Of a stretch of 64,000 nucleotides of DNA, positions 63,455 through 64,000 are shown piece after piece. This DNA comes from Candidatus Bathyarchaeota archaeon (GTDB lineage: Archaea > Thermoproteota > Bathyarchaeia > Bathyarchaeales > Bathycorpusculaceae). Both the position numbers and the translations under genes were made by a program. Under the pieces are notes generated by a model. That model was not told the origin of the DNA, ran no database searches, and worked only from the letters and a program-made list of their open reading frames with translations. The number at the start of each line of letters is the position of its first letter. The stretch's first letter is position 1. The stretch lies in assembly GCA_963720565.1 (NCBI GenBank), contig CAVRFW010000005.1, forward strand, positions 288,001 through 352,000, read 5' to 3'.

Positions 63455-63650
63455 ACAGTTTCACCTACTGTGAGGCTTTGCTGTATTATTGAGTATTGCG
63501 ATAATAAAAGTCTAATGAAAACTGAATCGCTTTTAATAATCGTCGAACAAAAAGACAGCAATTTCTTTGGCTAAAATCTTAATCCAATGTTCCTTCGGAA
63601 GCTTTATAGTTTCGGAGAGCAAATTGTGCCTCTATAGTTGGTCTTAAAAA

Positions 63651-64000
63651 TTGGCAACGATTAAAGCAACGGCGAGAGCAAAAGGAATCGAGTATGCAAT
63701 ACGAGACGTCATAGCCCACACTGAACATCTTGTTAGAAACGGTAAGAAAATCTACTACCTAAACATTGGCGACCCAGCAGCCTTTGACTTTAAGACACCC
63801 CAGAACGTTAAAGACGCATTATGCAAGGCAGTTCAAGAGGACGACAACTACTATTCGCCTTCGGAAGGGCGAATTGAGCTTCGCGAGGCAATAGTAAGGA
63901 AGGAAAAAAGAGTCAACAACGTTGACATTACCGCAGATAATGTTTTAGTCACGGAGGGCATTTCAGAAGGTATTCAGATGCTTCTTGCTGCCCTCGTTGA
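63651..64000 (+). CDS. Class I/II PLP aminotransferase (alanine aminotransferase-like), 5' part; absent from the ORF track
   Basis: TTG 63651 gives MATIKATARAKGIEYAIRDV...YLNIGDP..FDFKTP...YSPSEG..ELREAI...VTEGISEGI, open to the window end. Confidence 0.88.
   Translation, partial: MATIKATARAKGIEYAIRDVIAHTEHLVRNGKKIYYLNIGDPAAFDFKTPQNVKDALCKAVQEDDNYYSPSEGRIELREAIVRKEKRVNNVDITADNVLVTEGISEGIQMLLAALV

Overview
Archaeal chromosomal DNA, most consistent with Bathyarchaeia (TACK). This rests on archaeal information-processing genes (fen1, tgtA, aEF-1beta, archease/rtcB, trm5, archaeal proS), an arcadin-1-like gene and an MtdB-like gene. From left to right the window holds: (1) the tail of a type IV pilus-like locus (TadC/FlaJ-type membrane protein, five pilin-like or adhesin genes with class III-type N-termini, and a FlaK/PibD prepilin peptidase); (2) a housekeeping block for RNA and translation, including an EF-2 with a non-canonical switch I that sits outside the str operon; (3) a radical SAM / DUF362 / glycosyltransferase / B12-radical SAM block; (4) a complete DapL-type diaminopimelate lysine operon followed by an MtdB-like dehydrogenase; (5) archease-adk-rtcB; (6) tRNA-Gly(TCC) followed by a roughly 6.4 kb island bounded by mobile-element remnants, carrying an orphan class III-signal solute-binding protein and a large STAND NTPase-TPR-Ig-inactive KaiC fusion, which is the best candidate for an undescribed system; (7) proS, an AOR and the start of an alanine aminotransferase. 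About ten single-base frameshifts, several in essential genes, look like sequencing or assembly errors. No CRISPR array or rRNA was seen. All family assignments come from motif recognition by eye, not database searches.
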